Assembly: GCA_965224025.1 (NCBI GenBank)
Contig: OZ245033.1
Span: 704,001 to 768,000 of the forward strand
Direction: 5' to 3'
Source of the DNA: Candidatus Multivorans sp.
Lineage (GTDB): Bacteria; Acidobacteriota; Thermoanaerobaculia; Multivoradales; Multivoraceae
DNA: 64,000 nucleotides
The position numbers and the translations under genes are program-made. The notes under the pieces were generated by a model. The model had not been told where the DNA came from, did no database searches, and was given only the letters and a program-made list of their open reading frames with translations. The stretch's first letter is position 1. Each line of letters starts with the position of its first letter. Positions 47,203-57,693 of this stretch are shown piece after piece.

Positions 47203-48642
47203 CTACGAGGCGCCGCGGCGGGTGAGCACCGCCGGGACCGTCTTGAGGAGGATCTTGAAGTCGAGCGTCGGCGACCAGGAGTCGATGTACTCCAGGTCGA
47301 GTTCCATCCAGCGGTCGAAGTCCAGATCGCTGCGGCCGCTGACCTGCCACAGACAGGTGATGCCCGGCTTCATCGACAGACGCCGCCGCTGCCGCCTGGT
47401 GTACGGCTCCTTCTCCTCGAGAGGCCTTGGGCCGACCAGACTCATGTCGCCGCGCACGACGTTCCAGAATTGCGGGAGTTCGTCGAGGCTGAACTTTCGC
47501 AGGTAGTGCCCGAGAGGAGTGATCCGCGGATCGCGGTGCATCTTGAAGGCGGGACCGTCCATCGTGTTCAGGTGCTTGAACTCGCCCCGCTTCGCGTCGG
47601 CGTCCGCGACCATGGTGCGGAGCTTGTACATGGTGAAGCGGCGACCGTTCAGACCGCAGCGAGTCTGCCGGTAGAGCACGGAGCCGGACGAAGTCATCTT
47701 GATCAGGAGCGCCAGCAGCAGCATCACGGGCAGGCTGATCGCCAGCAGGACGACGCCGATGCAGATGTCGTAGAAGCGCTTGAACAGCATCAGGGGAACA
47801 CCGGACGGCGCCGGCGACAGGGTGACAACGGGCCGGCCGGCCAGGGAATCGAGTTGGACCTGGCTGTGGGCCGGCGGCAGCAGGTCGAGCGCGATGCGGG
47901 TCTGGATGCCCAGTTCCTGCAGCGCCTCGAAGATCTTCTGCAGAGCGGGCAACTCATTGGGAGTGATGGCAAAGAACACGTCGTCGACCACGTGCTCGGA
48001 GACGATGCGCAGGATGTCGTCGACGCCGCCCCAGACCGGTTGCGCAGTCTCGGCGGGCCTGCTCCCGTCCGTGTGGATCAGGCCGACGATCCTGAGGCCC
48101 CAGTAGGAGTGGTCCTCGATCGACTCGGCGAGTTGCCGAGCCGCTTCCGGGGTGCCGGCGATGAGCACGGCTCGCTGGTTGAAACCGTGTTGCCGCAGGT
48201 CGCGCGAGAGGATGCGCAACGCGATCTTCTCGGCCAGCAGCAGCAGGCCGGAAAGGCCTGAGAAGAGAAGCAGCCAGGTTCGGCTGAGGCGGTCCTGGAG
48301 CAGGATCTGGTCCAGTTGGAGGACGAAGACGGCGAACAGGATCAGGAATGTGGCAACTGCCGACACCTTGAGGATCGCGGCTGCCTCGGTCCTCAGGTCG
48401 GCGGTGCGGTGCGAGCGGTAGCGCCGAGTGGCGATGAGCGGCGCCATCCAGGTCAGGAGCGCCAGCGGCAGCAGTGGCAGATGGTCGCTCAGTGGATAGA
48501 GGGGACGGGGGAAGAGGCCCGGCAACACCTGGGGGAACAGTCCGCTGCGGATCGCGTAGGCGAGAAAGAACGCTGCCGCGACCAGCGACAGGTCGAGGGC
48601 GAAGACCAGGGCGGCTTGCAGTCGAATGCTTTGTTTCAACAT
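47203..48642 (-). CDS. Undecaprenyl-phosphate sugar-1-phosphate transferase (WcaJ/WbaP family)
   Basis: KRFYDI, YRQTRCG.NGR.F...KLRTM, DPRIT.LG..LRKFSLDELPQ..NV..GDMSLVGPRP, KPGIT..WQVSGRS. Confidence 0.93.
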   Translation of the reverse strand: MLKQSIRLQAALVFALDLSLVAAAFFLAYAIRSGLFPQVLPGLFPRPLYPLSDHLPLLPLALLTWMAPLIATRRYRSHRTADLRTEAAAILKVSAVATFLILFAVFVLQLDQILLQDRLSRTWLLLFSGLSGLLLLAEKIALRILSRDLRQHGFNQRAVLIAGTPEAARQLAESIEDHSYWGLRIVGLIHTDGSRPAETAQPVWGGVDDILRIVSEHVVDDVFFAITPNELPALQKIFEALQELGIQTRIALDLLPPAHSQVQLDSLAGRPVVTLSPAPSGVPLMLFKRFYDICIGVVLLAISLPVMLLLALLIKMTSSGSVLYRQTRCGLNGRRFTMYKLRTMVADADAKRGEFKHLNTMDGPAFKMHRDPRITPLGHYLRKFSLDELPQFWNVVRGDMSLVGPRPLEEKEPYTRRQRRRLSMKPGITCLWQVSGRSDLDFDRWMELDLEYIDSWSPTLDFKILLKTVPAVLTRRGAS

Positions 48643-48806
48643 GGCTTGCGCCGCTTCAATGCGGCCTGCGCTGTTTCAACGTGGCTTGCGTGTCTCAACG
48701 TGGGTTGTGGCGCGGAGCACTCCCGGCCGGGAGTCTATCCGCCCCCCGCCCGCTGGCGGGAGCGCGGGTACTGTGTCCGCATCTGGCCCGCGAGTTCCGG
48801 CCGCCC

Positions 48807-51047
48807 TCAGCGCCGTTCACAGAGCCGCCTGAACAGCTCCTCGTACTGGTCCGTGACCCGGTCCCAGTTGAACTCGGACGACGCCCGGCGAGCCGCTTGT
48901 TCGCCCAGGAGACGCGCCCGCACCGGATTGCCGGTGGCCTGCTCGAAGGCCGCGGTGAGTGAGGCCGGATCCTGAACGTCGAAGTAAATGGCGGCCTCGG
49001 CGGCCGTTTCGCGGTTGGCCGGTTCGTCGTTGACCAGCACGCAGTTGCCGTAGCCCATCGCCTCGACCAGGGCCGGATGGGTGCCGCCGACCTCGGTGGC
49101 GTGCACGGTCGCGAGCGCGGACGAGAGCAGGCCCCGGTAGCGGTCGCCGTACACGGCGCCCGGGAAGCGCACCCGCGGATCTGCGGTCCTCTTCATCTCG
49201 GCGATGAAGTCCGAGGCGTAGGGCGCGTCGCCGACCATGACCAGTTGCAGGTTTCCGCCTGCCCGGGCGTAGGCGGCGACCACGCGGTGCGGGTTGTTCT
49301 CCGGTTCGAAGCGGCTGACGTAGAGAAAGTAGCGCCGGGGCTCGAGTCCCAGCTCGTCCAGGACGGGGTGAGAGACGATGGGTCGGGGCTCGACGCCGTA
49401 GCGGATCATCGTCGTGTCGCGGCCGTACCGGTCGCGGTAGTGGTCGGCGATGACTTCGGCGTCGCTGACTGTTGTGCCAGGCAGCAGACAGGCCAGCCGT
49501 TCGGAGACCGAATACACGAGGCGGCCGGGCCAGCCCCACTTTGCTCTTCGCTTCTCGATCCCGTCCACGTGCAGGGCGGTACCGAGACGCCGCAGCCAGA
49601 GCAGGGGCAGGAAGACCGCATTCGCGCCGTTGACGACCAGTGCGGCGCGGGCGCCGCGGGCGCGGAAGACCGCGTGGAGGCAGGAGAGCAGGGTGTGAAC
49701 GGGAGTGTCTCCGTACTTCGTTCGCAGCGTCGGCAGGACGACCAGGTCGACCCCGCGGTGGGAGCGAAGCCGCCGGTCGACGTAGTGGGACCGGCAGTAG
49801 ACGGTGACCGGCCAACCGCGCGCCGCCAGACGGGGCGCCAACGCCTCGATCATCGTCTCGTAGCCGCTGTAGGCCGCGGGTATGCCGCGGCTGCCGAGGA
49901 TCAGAATTCTCGGCCGATCAGCGTAGAGCGGCAGGGAGGCCCGCCCGAACCACCGTGCCGTCGCGCGCGGCGGCACGCGGCGGCGGCTGCGGACGAGGCG
50001 GCGCCGCTTGAGGATGCGACGGCGGTTGCGCCACAGCCAGGCGTAGGCGGCCAGCGACGAGGGCTCGCGCAGCAGCACGTAAGCGAGGATGCCGAGTTCC
50101 CGGATCGAGGTCGCGGGCAGGGTGCGCGGGGCGTCGGCCAGACTGCGATGGTAGATCTGCAGCAGGTAGCGGTTCTTGAGCGAATGGAAGTTGATCTCCC
50201 TCGACATTTGGCGCCGCCGCCGGGGCAGGTTGACGCGGCCGTGCAGCGCGCGGGCCCGGGGTTCATAGAGCACCTCCCAGCCCCGTTCTCGCAGCCGGAA
50301 GCAGAGTTCCGCGTCCTCGCGGTAGGAGTGGAAGTCGCCGTCGAGGACCTGGCCCGCGACCGCCGCGTCGCGCAGCGCGGCGCTCAGGAACAGGGTCGCG
50401 GCGCCGCTGCCCCCGAACACCCGCTCCGCTACAGGATACTGGCCGCGGTCGACCTGGTCGGCGCCGCGATCGATATGGCGCCAGCTTCGGGTGAGCGCCA
50501 TGCCGCAAGCGTCGATTCGCCGGCTGTCGGTGCGCCGGCCGTGGCGCGGGCCTTCTGGCCCGCGTTTACGGCATCCAGCCGCAGGCGGGTCCTCGTCGGC
50601 GTCAGTCCTCAGCAGGCGACCGGTGACCGCGCCCACAGGTCGTTCGCTGCTCGTGAACCGTTCGAGGCACGCGATCAGGCGGACCGCGTAGTCCGGCGAG
50701 ACCCAGGCATCGGCGTTCAGGCTCAGCACGTAGGTCGGTGGCCCGACCGTCTCCGCGCCGCTGCCGAAGGCGGTCTCAAGCGCCCGGTTCAGGCCGCCTG
50801 CGAAGCCGGTGTTCTCGTCCAGCGCGATCAGCTCGACCGGGAAGGGCGCCGAATCCGCGCCCTCTCGAAGGCGTTCGAGGGTGGCGTCCGTACTGGCGTT
50901 GTCGACCACGATGAGGCGGAATGGCGGGCATTCGAGCGACGCCAGCGCTGCGAAGAAGCGGGGCAGGTTGGCGGCGTCGTTCCAGGTGACGGTGCAGATC
51001 GCGAGGTCGGCGTGGGAATCACCCTTGGGTCCGCTTCCGGCGTTCAC
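48807..51047 (-). CDS. Fused GT2 + GT4 (DUF1972-like) glycosyltransferase
   Basis: N-half VDNAS.D, N.GFAGG.N, LNADA, EDAE; C-half GSRGIPA.YSGYET, SRFEPENN, EAMG.G; GTG start overlaps the upstream stop. Confidence 0.87.
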   Translation of the reverse strand: MNAGSGPKGDSHADLAICTVTWNDAANLPRFFAALASLECPPFRLIVVDNASTDATLERLREGADSAPFPVELIALDENTGFAGGLNRALETAFGSGAETVGPPTYVLSLNADAWVSPDYAVRLIACLERFTSSERPVGAVTGRLLRTDADEDPPAAGCRKRGPEGPRHGRRTDSRRIDACGMALTRSWRHIDRGADQVDRGQYPVAERVFGGSGAATLFLSAALRDAAVAGQVLDGDFHSYREDAELCFRLRERGWEVLYEPRARALHGRVNLPRRRRQMSREINFHSLKNRYLLQIYHRSLADAPRTLPATSIRELGILAYVLLREPSSLAAYAWLWRNRRRILKRRRLVRSRRRVPPRATARWFGRASLPLYADRPRILILGSRGIPAAYSGYETMIEALAPRLAARGWPVTVYCRSHYVDRRLRSHRGVDLVVLPTLRTKYGDTPVHTLLSCLHAVFRARGARAALVVNGANAVFLPLLWLRRLGTALHVDGIEKRRAKWGWPGRLVYSVSERLACLLPGTTVSDAEVIADHYRDRYGRDTTMIRYGVEPRPIVSHPVLDELGLEPRRYFLYVSRFEPENNPHRVVAAYARAGGNLQLVMVGDAPYASDFIAEMKRTADPRVRFPGAVYGDRYRGLLSSALATVHATEVGGTHPALVEAMGYGNCVLVNDEPANRETAAEAAIYFDVQDPASLTAAFEQATGNPVRARLLGEQAARRASSEFNWDRVTDQYEELFRRLCERR

Positions 51048-51949
51048 CGACCGCTCCAGGCCATCGAGGCCGCCGCGGCCAGGCGACTCAGACCGACCAG
51101 CGCCTCGCGGCGGTTCCGCGCGCGGCGGGGCCGGCGAAGCGGCAGCAGAGCGATGCGGAGCAGAGCGGCGACGACCAGCATGAGATTCAGCACGAGAGCG
51201 GTGCCGCGGCTGTGGTGCTTGCGAGCGTATCGGTCCAGGTTGCGGTAGTAGGCGAGCAGGAAGGGGCCGTACCCGAGGCGCGGTACGGAGGCGCCGAGGC
51301 CATGCCGGAAGGTGGCGTTCGGCCAGTAGCGGATCGTCTCGCCCAGGTCGCGGAGCCGGCGGGCGAGGTCGACGTCCTCGAACCAGGCGGGCCAGAACTC
51401 TTCGTCCATGCCCCCGGCGGCATCGAAGGCGTCGCGTCGGAGCAGAAGGGCGCAGGCCGCCGGCTGCTCGAGGGGCGATCCGGCCGGCGGCTCGGGCATC
51501 GCTCTGGGCTCCGCGAAGCAGCAGTAGCCGAGCAGCGTTCGCAGGTCGGGCAGCCTGCGCAATTGCCAACCGGCCTGGGAAGCGCCGCTCCGGTCCACCA
51601 GCCGGGGCGCCAGGCCGACTGCTTCCGGGTGCCGTTCCATGCCCCGAACCAGGGATTCGAGCGCTCCGGATTCGGGCCTGGCGTCGGTGTTCAGGATCAG
51701 CAGCAGGGATCCCCCAGCATCCGCCGCGCCGCGGTTGATCGCCGCTGCAAAGCCGAGATTGCGGCCCGGTTCGAGGACGTGGACGTTCGGCCGGCCGGCC
51801 CCCAGTTCGCTCAGGTTTCCGCCCGAGCCGTTGTCGACCACGATCAGTTCGAACCGTCCTTCGCGGGGCCAGCTCTCGACAAGGAGCGCGAAGTTGTCCT
51901 CGTCGTGCCAGTGCGGCGCCACCGCGGTCAGAATCGGAGTGTCGATCAT
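51044..51949 (-). CDS. GT2 glycosyltransferase
   Basis: VVDNGS, NLGFAAAINRG, LNTDA, GGMDE.F...FEDVDL. Confidence 0.9.
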   Translation of the reverse strand: MIDTPILTAVAPHWHDEDNFALLVESWPREGRFELIVVDNGSGGNLSELGAGRPNVHVLEPGRNLGFAAAINRGAADAGGSLLLILNTDARPESGALESLVRGMERHPEAVGLAPRLVDRSGASQAGWQLRRLPDLRTLLGYCCFAEPRAMPEPPAGSPLEQPAACALLLRRDAFDAAGGMDEEFWPAWFEDVDLARRLRDLGETIRYWPNATFRHGLGASVPRLGYGPFLLAYYRNLDRYARKHHSRGTALVLNLMLVVAALLRIALLPLRRPRRARNRREALVGLSRLAAAASMAWSGR

Positions 51950-53079
51950 CGCCCGATTCCGTCGTCGTCCTGAGGGCTCCAGGTCGACTGCCCGCGGCCG
52001 AAACCGGCGAAGCGCGGAAGGAGCCGGAACGCCCGGCACCAGGCGAACAGGAGATCCACGGGTCCCGGGCGTCGTGGATCGCCCGGCAGCGTTTCGCCCT
52101 TCCGGCCCCGGAGCATGTCGACCGCATCCTGAAACAGGAGTCCGGGCAGCCGGCGCCAGAAGGTCCGGCCGAGCCGCGTCGCCAGAACCAGCAGACGATT
52201 GCAGTAGATCCGGCGGACGCGCCGCCGGGCGGCGCGGGGGCCCCGGCTCGACAACGCGCCGGCATGTTCGATGCGCGCCGCCGGCGCCAGCGCCGCCTCG
52301 TACGATGCCCGGCGCAGCCGGTCGGCAAGTTCGACATCCTCGTAGTAGTTGTCGAGCCGCTCGTTGAAGGGTCGGAGCGGTTGACCCGCCGGGCTCACCG
52401 CGACAAGCGCGTCGCGCCGGTAGATGGCGGCGGTCGCGGAGACGCCGTACACGGGTCGCGGCGCACCAGCGGGCGGCGGCGCGAATTCGCCGCGGTCGAC
52501 CTGAACCGCCTGCCACCGGTGGTTCCAGGCCAGGCCGGCGCCGTCGATCCGTACGTCGCTGCCGTCGCCGGCTGGAAGCAGGTTGATCCCCTGCGCCGCC
52601 GCGACCTGGGAGTCGGGGGAGGGCGTCGGGCCGGCCGCGGCGCATGCGCCGAGCGCCTCCAGCAACGCCCGGGTCCAGCCGGTCGCAAGCACGGCGTCGT
52701 CGTTCACCAGGGCGATCCACCCCCCAACGCTGGCGGCGATGCCGCCGTTGGCGGCGCGGGCGAATCCCGCCGGCCGGGGCAGTTGCACGATCCGCGGCGC
52801 TTCCTGGAACGCGGCGGGATGATCCGACGCGAGTTGCCGCGCGAGCGCTCTGAGGGCTGCCGGCCCGCCGGCCAGCGTCTCGGTACCCGGCGCCACGTCG
52901 CGGCCGGTCGCTGCCGGGTGCTGCCAGACGACGATCAGTTCGGCCGCCGCGGCGGTCTCTGACGCGTCCCTGTAGATGGACTCAAGGCATTCTGCGACGT
53001 GTTCGGGCACACCGACCGTTGGAACCACGTAGGAGAGTGCCGGCGCCTGTGCCGACCCGGCGTCGCAGCAGGCGATCAA
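51946..53079 (-). CDS. GT2 glycosyltransferase
   Basis: GFARAANGG, VNDDA, YYEDVELA.RL. Confidence 0.87.
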   Translation of the reverse strand: MIACCDAGSAQAPALSYVVPTVGVPEHVAECLESIYRDASETAAAAELIVVWQHPAATGRDVAPGTETLAGGPAALRALARQLASDHPAAFQEAPRIVQLPRPAGFARAANGGIAASVGGWIALVNDDAVLATGWTRALLEALGACAAAGPTPSPDSQVAAAQGINLLPAGDGSDVRIDGAGLAWNHRWQAVQVDRGEFAPPPAGAPRPVYGVSATAAIYRRDALVAVSPAGQPLRPFNERLDNYYEDVELADRLRRASYEAALAPAARIEHAGALSSRGPRAARRRVRRIYCNRLLVLATRLGRTFWRRLPGLLFQDAVDMLRGRKGETLPGDPRRPGPVDLLFAWCRAFRLLPRFAGFGRGQSTWSPQDDDGIGR

Positions 53080-54938
53080 GGTGAGGCAGTCCGGCCGACG
53101 TGGAGAGCGTGGAAGAGGATCACCTCGACCTCCGCGGGGAGCTCCGGATCGCGGACGATCACCAGGTCACCGCGTCTACAGAGCGGAGCGAGATCGAACT
53201 CGGCACGGTAGCGGGTGCCGAAGAAGGGACCGTCGGCGCCGGTCGCGACCCAGTGGAGCCAGGGTGCGCGGCCCGCGGCGGCGCCGCTTTCACGGGCGGA
53301 CCACTCGCCGGTGTGATCGCCGTGTTGTAGTTCCAAGGAGTCCTCCGTCAGTTCGGCGCCGATCCGGGCCACCGTTTGACCCGCGGCAACGCCGCCGCCG
53401 TGGGCAACCGCCGTATCGAGCACCAGGGTTCCGCAGCCGGCCGCTTCGGCTGCCCATCGCGGCTGGTCCGGGGTCAGCACCTGCCTTGGCGAGCTGAGCA
53501 GCGTCTGCCGGGGTAGGAACGCTCCCCAGGAGCCGAGTGCCGCCGCCGTCAGCACCACGGCGCCGACCGCCAGCACGATGGCACGGGGCGCGGGCGCCCT
53601 CCGCACGAGCGTGCCGACGCCGCGCCCGATCAGGATCAGGACGATCAGTCCGAGCCAGCGATCGAATGCGGTATCGAGTCCGAGCGCGCTCAGTCGATCG
53701 TCTAGATGCGCGGCGCGGAGCCACGGATAGGTGGCTGAGAGAGTGGCGAACACGAGCAGACTGCCCTGCCAGCAGAACCCGAACACGGCCGCATCGCCAC
53801 GCAGGCCGATACCCTGCCAGGGCCCGGCCGGAGGCGGATCGTCGGCGGATACGGCGCTCGGCCGCTGCGCGCTCAGCACGGTCCACAGCGCGATACCCGC
53901 CAGCAGGGCCTGCGGAGGCGGCAGGAAGCGCAGGCCGGCGAGCGAAAGCAGAACGGCCGCCGCCACCGTGTGCAGGTTGCCCCGACCGGCCAGGTTGGGC
54001 GCGGCAAGGAGGACCAGGGGCAATCCGGCAAGCGCCAGGGGCCAGGGCGCCGCCGCCGCGGGCGGCAGCCCGAGGGCCAGGGCGCCGGCCAGAACGAGGA
54101 CGATGGCGAAGGCGAATCGGCGCCAGACGACGGCGGCCGCCATTGCTGCGAGCAGAACCCCGAACGCGGGCTCGCGGACGAAGACGAGCCCCAGGACCAG
54201 CGTCAAGGCGAGCCCCAGCACTGCCGCCGCCACCGACCAACGCTCCTCGAGGGCCCGAGCGGCCGCGTCGGCGAGCGCCGCTGCGGCGAGCACCAGGACG
54301 ACGTTCGAGCGGACGCCGCCCGCGGCAAGGATCACGGCGGCTGTTCCCGCCAGGGCCGGAGCGCCCATGCGGGCGAACAGGGCGGTCAGAAGGACCGCTG
54401 CCGCGGCGGGAATGGCGACGAGTACGACCAGCAGCCGGAGCGTTGGACCGTCGAGCAGCTCCCCCTGCCGCAGGAGCAGGTTGAATCCGATCAGCGCCGA
54501 CATCAGGGTGCCGCCGAGGCGTATCAGGCGTGCCGGCGCCAGGGCGCCGGGCGGCGCCAGCAGATCGGCCCGGCGGGCGAGCAGAGTGTCCACGAGAAGC
54601 GCCGCGGGACCCAGACAGAGCAGGGCGCCCACCGCGGTCGCGCGGCCCGGACCGTCCGGGGGTACGGCCGCGAACGCAACCACGGTCAGGACCGGCAGCG
54701 CCAGCGCGGCCGGGCTGAATGGGCGCCGGGCGGCGCCCGCGGCGGCGATCAGGACGGCCGTTGCGGCGAACGCGAGGTAGCGTCCTTCAGCCGCCGCCTC
54801 CGCATCGCGCTCGACCGCCGCCAGGGAGGCCATCGCCAGCCCTGCCAGCAGGGGCGGCAGGGCGGCGGTCCACGGGGGTGACGGGGCCGACCCGGGACGG
54901 GCCGGCGCGGAAGCGGATTCAGTCGTCAATTGAGCCAT
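53076..54938 (-). CDS. Polytopic membrane protein of unknown function, first gene of the GT cluster
   Basis: Many Ala/Leu TM segments and a soluble C-terminal domain; stop overlaps the next GT2 start. Confidence 0.7.
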   Translation of the reverse strand: MAQLTTESASAPARPGSAPSPPWTAALPPLLAGLAMASLAAVERDAEAAAEGRYLAFAATAVLIAAAGAARRPFSPAALALPVLTVVAFAAVPPDGPGRATAVGALLCLGPAALLVDTLLARRADLLAPPGALAPARLIRLGGTLMSALIGFNLLLRQGELLDGPTLRLLVVLVAIPAAAAVLLTALFARMGAPALAGTAAVILAAGGVRSNVVLVLAAAALADAAARALEERWSVAAAVLGLALTLVLGLVFVREPAFGVLLAAMAAAVVWRRFAFAIVLVLAGALALGLPPAAAAPWPLALAGLPLVLLAAPNLAGRGNLHTVAAAVLLSLAGLRFLPPPQALLAGIALWTVLSAQRPSAVSADDPPPAGPWQGIGLRGDAAVFGFCWQGSLLVFATLSATYPWLRAAHLDDRLSALGLDTAFDRWLGLIVLILIGRGVGTLVRRAPAPRAIVLAVGAVVLTAAALGSWGAFLPRQTLLSSPRQVLTPDQPRWAAEAAGCGTLVLDTAVAHGGGVAAGQTVARIGAELTEDSLELQHGDHTGEWSARESGAAAGRAPWLHWVATGADGPFFGTRYRAEFDLAPLCRRGDLVIVRDPELPAEVEVILFHALHVGRTASP

Positions 54939-55051
54939 CCTTGCGGTGCCGGCGAACCGTTGGAAGACTGCCGCCGCCACTCCGCCGCGTTCATCGTTGG
55001 CAGCGCGCCATCCTTGCCGTGGCGGGCAAACGTTGGAAGACTGCCACCGCC

Positions 55052-56344
55052 ATGTTGCCCCGAGAACTGCTCAGAAGCGAACCGCAACGGGTTGCGGACG
55101 CCCTCGAGGCGCGCGGCGTCGATGCCGTGCTGGTCGACCAATGGGCGACCTGCGACCTGCGCCGCCGTGAAGCGCTGACCGAACTCGAGGAACTCCGTCA
55201 CCGTCGTCGGTTGGCTGGTCGCGAGATTGGCAAGCTCAAGGCTCAGGGCGAGGCAAAGGAAGAAGACGCCTCCAGACGCATTCTAGAGATGACGGAGCTC
55301 AAGGCCCGCATCGAGGGCCTTGAAGACATCGTGGCGCAGGCCGAAGAGGAGCTCGTCGAAACGGAGCTCAAGGTCCCGAACATCGCTGACGAGACGGTCC
55401 CGGTCGGCAGCGACGAGTCGGCGAACCGCGTCGAGCGGGTCGTCGGCGAGCTGCCCGAGTTCGACTTCGAGCCGAAGGCGCACTGGGACATCGGCCCGGA
55501 GTTGGGGATCCTCGACTTCGAGCGCGGCGCCAAGCTGGCTGGGGCCCGGTTCACCATCTACTTCGGCTGGGGGGCACGCCTGGAGCGGGCCCTCGGCGCC
55601 TTCATGCTCGACCTGCACACCGAGGAGCATGGCTACACCGAGGTCCTGCCTCCCTACCTGGTCAAGCGCGAGTGCCTGTTCGGCAGCGGCCAACTGCCGA
55701 AGTTCGGGGAGGAAGTGTTCCACGTCCAGCCCAATTCGCGCTACCTGATCCCGACCGGCGAAGTGCCCCTGGTCAACCTGCACGCCGGCGAAGTGCTCGA
55801 CGAGGATCAGTTGCCCTTGTGCTACGCCGCGCTCACGCCCTGCTTCCGCGCCGAGGCCGGGTCGTACGGTCGCGACGTGCGCGGACTCATCCGCCAGCAC
55901 CAGTTCCACAAGGTCGAGTTGGTGCAACTGACGACGCCCGAGACCAGCCACGACACGTTGGAGCAACTGACGGCCCACGCCGAACGCGTGCTGCAGCGAC
56001 TGGAACTGCCTTACCGGGTCGTGTCTCTCTGCACCGGCGACATCGGATTCGCCATGGTCAAGACCTACGACCTGGAGGTGTGGCTTCCCGGCCAGCAGGC
56101 GTACCGGGAGATCTCCTCTTGCAGCAACGCCGAGGCGTTCCAGGCGCGGCGCGTGCGTACCCGCTTCCGGCCGCGGGAGGGCGGCTCGCTACGCTATGTC
56201 CACACCTTGAACGGTTCGGGCCTGGCGGTTGGGCGGACCCTGATTGCGGTGCTGGAGAACTGCCAGACAGCGTCAGGTTCGATACGCATTCCGGCTGCCC
56301 TCCAGCCGTACGTCGGCGGGGTCGAGGAGATCCCGGCAGCCTAG
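55052..56344 (+). CDS. serS: Serine-tRNA ligase
   Basis: [62 protein letters not shown]. Confidence 0.97.
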   Translation: MLPRELLRSEPQRVADALEARGVDAVLVDQWATCDLRRREALTELEELRHRRRLAGREIGKLKAQGEAKEEDASRRILEMTELKARIEGLEDIVAQAEEELVETELKVPNIADETVPVGSDESANRVERVVGELPEFDFEPKAHWDIGPELGILDFERGAKLAGARFTIYFGWGARLERALGAFMLDLHTEEHGYTEVLPPYLVKRECLFGSGQLPKFGEEVFHVQPNSRYLIPTGEVPLVNLHAGEVLDEDQLPLCYAALTPCFRAEAGSYGRDVRGLIRQHQFHKVELVQLTTPETSHDTLEQLTAHAERVLQRLELPYRVVSLCTGDIGFAMVKTYDLEVWLPGQQAYREISSCSNAEAFQARRVRTRFRPREGGSLRYVHTLNGSGLAVGRTLIAVLENCQTASGSIRIPAALQPYVGGVEEIPAA

Positions 56345-56422
56345 GCTGCGTGCGCCACGGAACATGGCGTACGTCGATCTTCCTGCCGCGCACGCTGCTA
56401 GTTTGGAGAATTCTGCCGCCTC

Positions 56423-56513
56423 GGAGGGGTGGCTGAGTGGTCGAAAGCACCGGTCTTGAAAACCGGCGTGGGTTGATAGCCCACCGTGGGTTCGAATCCC
56501 ACCCCCTCCGCCA
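56423..56513 (+). tRNA. tRNA-Ser(TGA)
   Basis: Anticodon arm ccggt-cttgaaa-accgg, long variable arm, ggttcgaatcc, GCCA end. Confidence 0.96.
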
Positions 56514-56533
56514 CACCTTGGCCCGGTGACCGG

Positions 56534-56611
56534 TGGTCACCGGTCTTGGCGTGTTCCAGAATCGGCGTGGAAATAACCGACCGCTGGTTCGAATCCCACC
56601 CCCTCCGCCAC
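56534..56611 (+). pseudogene. Degenerate tandem copy of tRNA-Ser
   Basis: Retains caccggtcttg, aa(t)cggcgtgg and a perfect 26-bp 3' end; no 5' acceptor strand. Confidence 0.65.
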
Positions 56612-56653
56612 TCCGGGCTTGAGGAGCGCTACGCTTGGGTTGAAGAGGTAGTC

Positions 56654-57565
56654 GTGAACAGAAGACCGTCCGATGCATGGCAGGCCGAGATCCGGGCGGA
56701 GCTGGCCAACCTTGAGGAGATCGCGCTGGCGACCAAGCCGTCGTCCGGCGATCTTCCAAGTCTGCACGGGGTGGACATCAACGGCGCCTCCATGCCGCTG
56801 CGCCAGGCGATAGGCGGCGACCACCTGATCTACCTCGATTTCAAGCAGCGGTACGACCTGGACCGCCGCATCCGCGAGGCGGAGGCGGCCGGCAACGCGC
56901 GGGTCGTGGCGGGCCTGCGTCAGTCGCAGCAGCGCGCCGGCGTGCTGGTGGCCGATGTGTCGGGCCACAAGGCGACGGACGCCCTGGTGGCGGCGATGCT
57001 GCACCAGGCGTTCCTGCTCGGGGCGTACTACGAACTCGACCTGTTCGGCGAGATCACGACCCGGCTGTTCGAGCACATCAACCAGCGCTTCTACAAGTCG
57101 ACCACTCTGAACAAGTACCTGACCATGCTCTACGGCGAAGTCTCGGAGCACGGGAAGTTCCGTTTCTTCTCGGCCGGCCACCCCGCGCCTCTTCTCTTCG
57201 CCGGCCGCCCCGGCCGCATCGAGCACCTCCGCGAGGACCAACTGGTCCGCTTCCCGCCGGTCGGCATGTTCGCCTCGAACGCCTACATGGACGAGTTGGT
57301 CGACCCGGGTCCCCTTGGCTACAAGCGCCCCTATGAAGTCAGCGAACTCGACCTGCTCGAGGCCGGCGATCTCCTCCTGCTCTACACGGACGGCTTCGCC
57401 GAACACGGCGGCGATCGCTACCTGGCGGAACGAGCCGAGGGGCTTCTCGAGGCCGTCCGGGGCCGGAGCGCGAGCGAGATCTGCGAGCGCCTCAAGGAGG
57501 ACCTGCTCGCCTTCGCGCCGCCCGAGGACGACATCAGCTTCGTGGTGATCAAGAAGACCGAGTAG
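56654..57565 (+). CDS. Stand-alone SpoIIE/RsbU-type PP2C phosphatase
   Basis: IGGD, ADVSGH, T..YG, SAGHP, LLYTDG, EDDISFVVI. Confidence 0.88.
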   Translation: MNRRPSDAWQAEIRAELANLEEIALATKPSSGDLPSLHGVDINGASMPLRQAIGGDHLIYLDFKQRYDLDRRIREAEAAGNARVVAGLRQSQQRAGVLVADVSGHKATDALVAAMLHQAFLLGAYYELDLFGEITTRLFEHINQRFYKSTTLNKYLTMLYGEVSEHGKFRFFSAGHPAPLLFAGRPGRIEHLREDQLVRFPPVGMFASNAYMDELVDPGPLGYKRPYEVSELDLLEAGDLLLLYTDGFAEHGGDRYLAERAEGLLEAVRGRSASEICERLKEDLLAFAPPEDDISFVVIKKTE

Positions 57566-57693
57566 CGAGCCGAGCGACCAGACCGGGAGCGGCGGCGTCG
57601 CCGCCGCTGCGTGCCAAATCCCGAAGGGGCAGAGGGCGGAACCCTCATCCTGTATCGTTGAAAGTCCCCACTCAGAAACTTGGAGAGTTCACG

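Noticed and set aside
48631-48709. Possible CRISPR array (gtttcaac-containing repeats)
   Set aside because: Units are contiguous and degenerate with no spacers, and there are no cas genes in the window.
48807-52337. 1176-aa ORF as one giant glycosyltransferase
   Set aside because: The first ~430 codons overlap two real GT2 genes in other frames; the true start is near 51047.
56489-56611. attL/attR of an intact prophage or island at tRNA-Ser
   Set aside because: Only 71 bp separate the copies, no integrase is present, and the intervening sequence is itself tRNA-like.
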